64,000 nucleotides of DNA, from NCBI GenBank assembly GCA_036172245.1, contig JAYWIR010000045.1:558001-622000 (forward strand), in the 5' to 3' direction. The first letter of the stretch is position 1. Every line of letters begins with the position of its first letter. The stretch comes from Raillietiella orientalis. Its lineage: Eukaryota. Below, in pieces: positions 63,026 through 64,000 of this stretch. The notes under the pieces were generated by a model that made no database searches, was not told the DNA's origin, and saw only the letters and a list, made by a program, of their open reading frames with translations. The position numbers and the translations under genes are program-made.

Positions 63026-63654
63026 AGCTAGGAAACAAGTTTCCCCCTTGAGGAATTCTTTCTGTGCGAAACTCCCGGAAGGAGATGCCGGAAGTGACTC
63101 CTGCCACTCAGCTAGGAAACCAAGCTCCTTTCCGAAGCGCCATCGGGGTGATGATTTCCAGTCCCTTCTGCTTCCTCGACTTCTGCGACAGGCACCGGTG
63201 ACCTCTAGCAAGCAGTCTAGGAACCTTGGCGTATCCCTCGAGGAAAAGAAACCATCTGTGGCTGCCACCTGTTACCAATAAGGAGTCGATGCCTGTTCCA
63301 GGAACCAGGAAGGCCTCTCTGAAGGTCGATGGAGCCGTTCTTCTGTCTCCAAAAGATCTAAACGGAGAGAGAGTGGGTGGAAACGAGTGAGGGATCAGAA
63401 ACCTGACAACCAATCAAGACACGACCCACTCGGACGGTCCTCGGGCTTCAGGATGAGCACATTCTCCGCAGTTGGTCATCGTGTGAACGGTTGTGGTTAC
63501 TTACCACGTCTCAGAGGTAGGACATGCTGACCCGACTTCGCTGATGCGGTGGTTCATTTGCTGCATCCAGGTCAATTCTTGCTGAATACGCTCTATCATG
63601 TTCCTGAGCGTACCTGTTACTGGGATTGTAGTAGCCACACGGCTTTCAGAGTGG

Positions 63655-64000
63655 GTGTGTGGCTACGGTTGCCATCGTGATACTTTGCGGGTTCGGATTC
63701 CAACGTGAAGGATCCGCATCGAAAACGGGAGGTTCGTCGTGGGTTTCGAGTTTCCCGCTCAGATGACGCTGGTTGACCTGTGGACTTCGGGTGTGGCACT
63801 GGTAGCAGCCAGAAACCAAATGACCCCCCCGTTGACTGGCTGCGACTGGACGTTTGCTCTCTGGAGTTCTTCCAGGAGTCAAGGAGAAGGTTCCCTATGC
63901 CACTCCAGAGTGTCAGAAGTGCTCTGCTTCCTTCGGGGAGCGCCGTTGAGAGAAATTTGGAAGCGTCCCTCCGGGGTTCTCTTCAGAGTAGGAAACGAGA
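63655..64000 (+). mobile_element. tRNA-headed SINE-like repeat, copy D (cut by window end)
   Basis: gtggctacgg, gggttcggattcc, cgtcgtgggtttcgagt, gacgctggttg, cttcgggtg, ccgttgactg and gagaaatttggaagcgtccc correspond to copy B. Confidence 0.7.

Overview
Eukaryotic (animal, most likely arthropod, judged from a CLIC protein closely resembling Drosophila Clic) genomic DNA with two compartments. (1) A compact, mostly AT-rich gene island at ~7.4-19.5 kb holds three spliced genes with many ~45-60 nt introns: a shortened SH3RF/POSH-like RING-SH3 E3 ligase (+), a chloride intracellular channel CLIC (+), and intersectin (-; EH-EH-coiled coil-4xSH3-DH-PH-C2). CLIC and intersectin end tail-to-tail with 112 nt between their stop codons. 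The intersectin intron after the last SH3 contains an alternative acceptor that completes a split T|GA stop, followed by AATAAA signals: an apparent short/long (GEF-less vs GEF-bearing) isoform switch like that of vertebrate ITSN1. (2) The flanks (~1.7-5 kb and ~22-64 kb) are more GC-rich. I found no intact gene there, only heavily decayed mobile-element relics (several LINE RT/endonuclease/RNase H relics, a Tc1-like relic, gypsy integrase relics, and a gypsy-type pol relic with apparent PR-INT-RT-RH, Gmr1-like order) plus four copies of a tRNA-headed SINE-like repeat. Transposon relic calls rest on by-eye motif spacing and need HMM confirmation. No CRISPR array, rRNA or intact tRNA gene was seen.
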